Origin: a phage
Strand: one strand, 5' to 3'
Assembly (NCBI GenBank): GCA_029955215.1
Contig: GCA_029955215.1_4351.1
DNA: 42,897 nt
The position numbers and the translations under genes are program-made. Position 1 is the stretch's first letter; each line of letters starts with the position of its first letter. A model generated the notes under the pieces. It was not told the DNA's origin. It worked only from the letters and a program-made list of their open reading frames with translations, and did no database searches. Below, piece after piece: positions 42,530-42,897 of this stretch.

Positions 42530-42561
42530 TCTCAAACCCTCATTATCAGTTAACAAAATCA

Positions 42562-42590
42562 AGTATACATTGCGAATAATGGGAAATCAA
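42562..42590 (-). promoter_or_regulatory. sigma70-like promoter (TTGATT-N17-TATACT) for minus-strand early operon
   Basis: Minus-strand reading ttgatt-tcccattattcgcaatg-tatact. Confidence 0.55.
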
Positions 42591-42798
42591 ACATAATCGC
42601 ACCTATTGACATTATGAAAATCTTCGTTTAAGGTGCTTCTATATCTTAGTTACTTTGATTCCTGTTCACCTTGTAAGAATGTTTAACCCGTGCGTTAAGC
42701 AAAGGGTTAAGCACAGGATTACTGAACACTCGAATTATCGTAACTTTCCTTTTCTTAGTATCTCAGTTGCCCTGGGCAAGCTCTATTCTCATCGGCAT

Positions 42799-42897
42799 CA
42801 TATCTCTTAAGTAACTGATTTTCTTAATGTGCCGTAGATTCGCAACCGTAAAAATGTAACGATTATTGGGCAGGCTTAGGGCCTGCCCTTTAGTTAC
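42799..42897. repeat. Right copy of exact 99-bp direct repeat
   Basis: Identical to 1-99; the window ends exactly at the end of the repeat. Confidence 0.9.

Noticed and set aside
1-42897. CRISPR array, integrase or lysogeny module
   Set aside because: No spaced direct-repeat array and no recombinase/integrase-like ORF was seen; the two small HTH proteins are not CI-sized and lack a peptidase domain, so temperate lifestyle is not supported.

Overview
This 42.9-kb window appears to be a complete, tailed dsDNA phage genome (siphovirus-type gene set), bounded by an exact 99-bp repeat (1-99 = 42799-42897). All calls rest on reading the sequence and ORF translations; no database search was run. 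Layout: + strand 217-6470 carries small early ORFs (one HslV/proteasome-like hydrolase at 3255-3695) and a holin/membrane-protein/endolysin cassette (3755-4794); 6680-30344 carries terminase small and large subunits, portal, Mu-F-like head morphogenesis protein, Rz/Rz1-like spanins, scaffold, major capsid, neck and tail proteins, tape measure, NlpC/P60 peptidase, tail-tip protein and a beta-helix tailspike. The minus strand 30373-42529 carries the replication and recombination module (SNF2-type helicase, VRR-NUC nuclease, family-A DNA polymerase, SSB-like protein, Cas4-like PD-(D/E)xK nuclease, primase/helicase, HTH regulators). A minus-strand accessory cassette (18871-21170) sits inside the tail module with its own promoter: a small Imm-like membrane protein, an HTH-metallophosphoesterase fusion, an HNH-AP2 homing endonuclease and two small ORFs. 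Transcription signals look host sigma70-type; at least seven promoters share a conserved palindromic core (AATAG-N4-CTATT), suggesting a common regulator. No tRNA, CRISPR array or integrase was recognised, so the phage is probably virulent. The organisation is reminiscent of Jersey-like/T1-like siphoviruses of enterobacteria, but that is unconfirmed.
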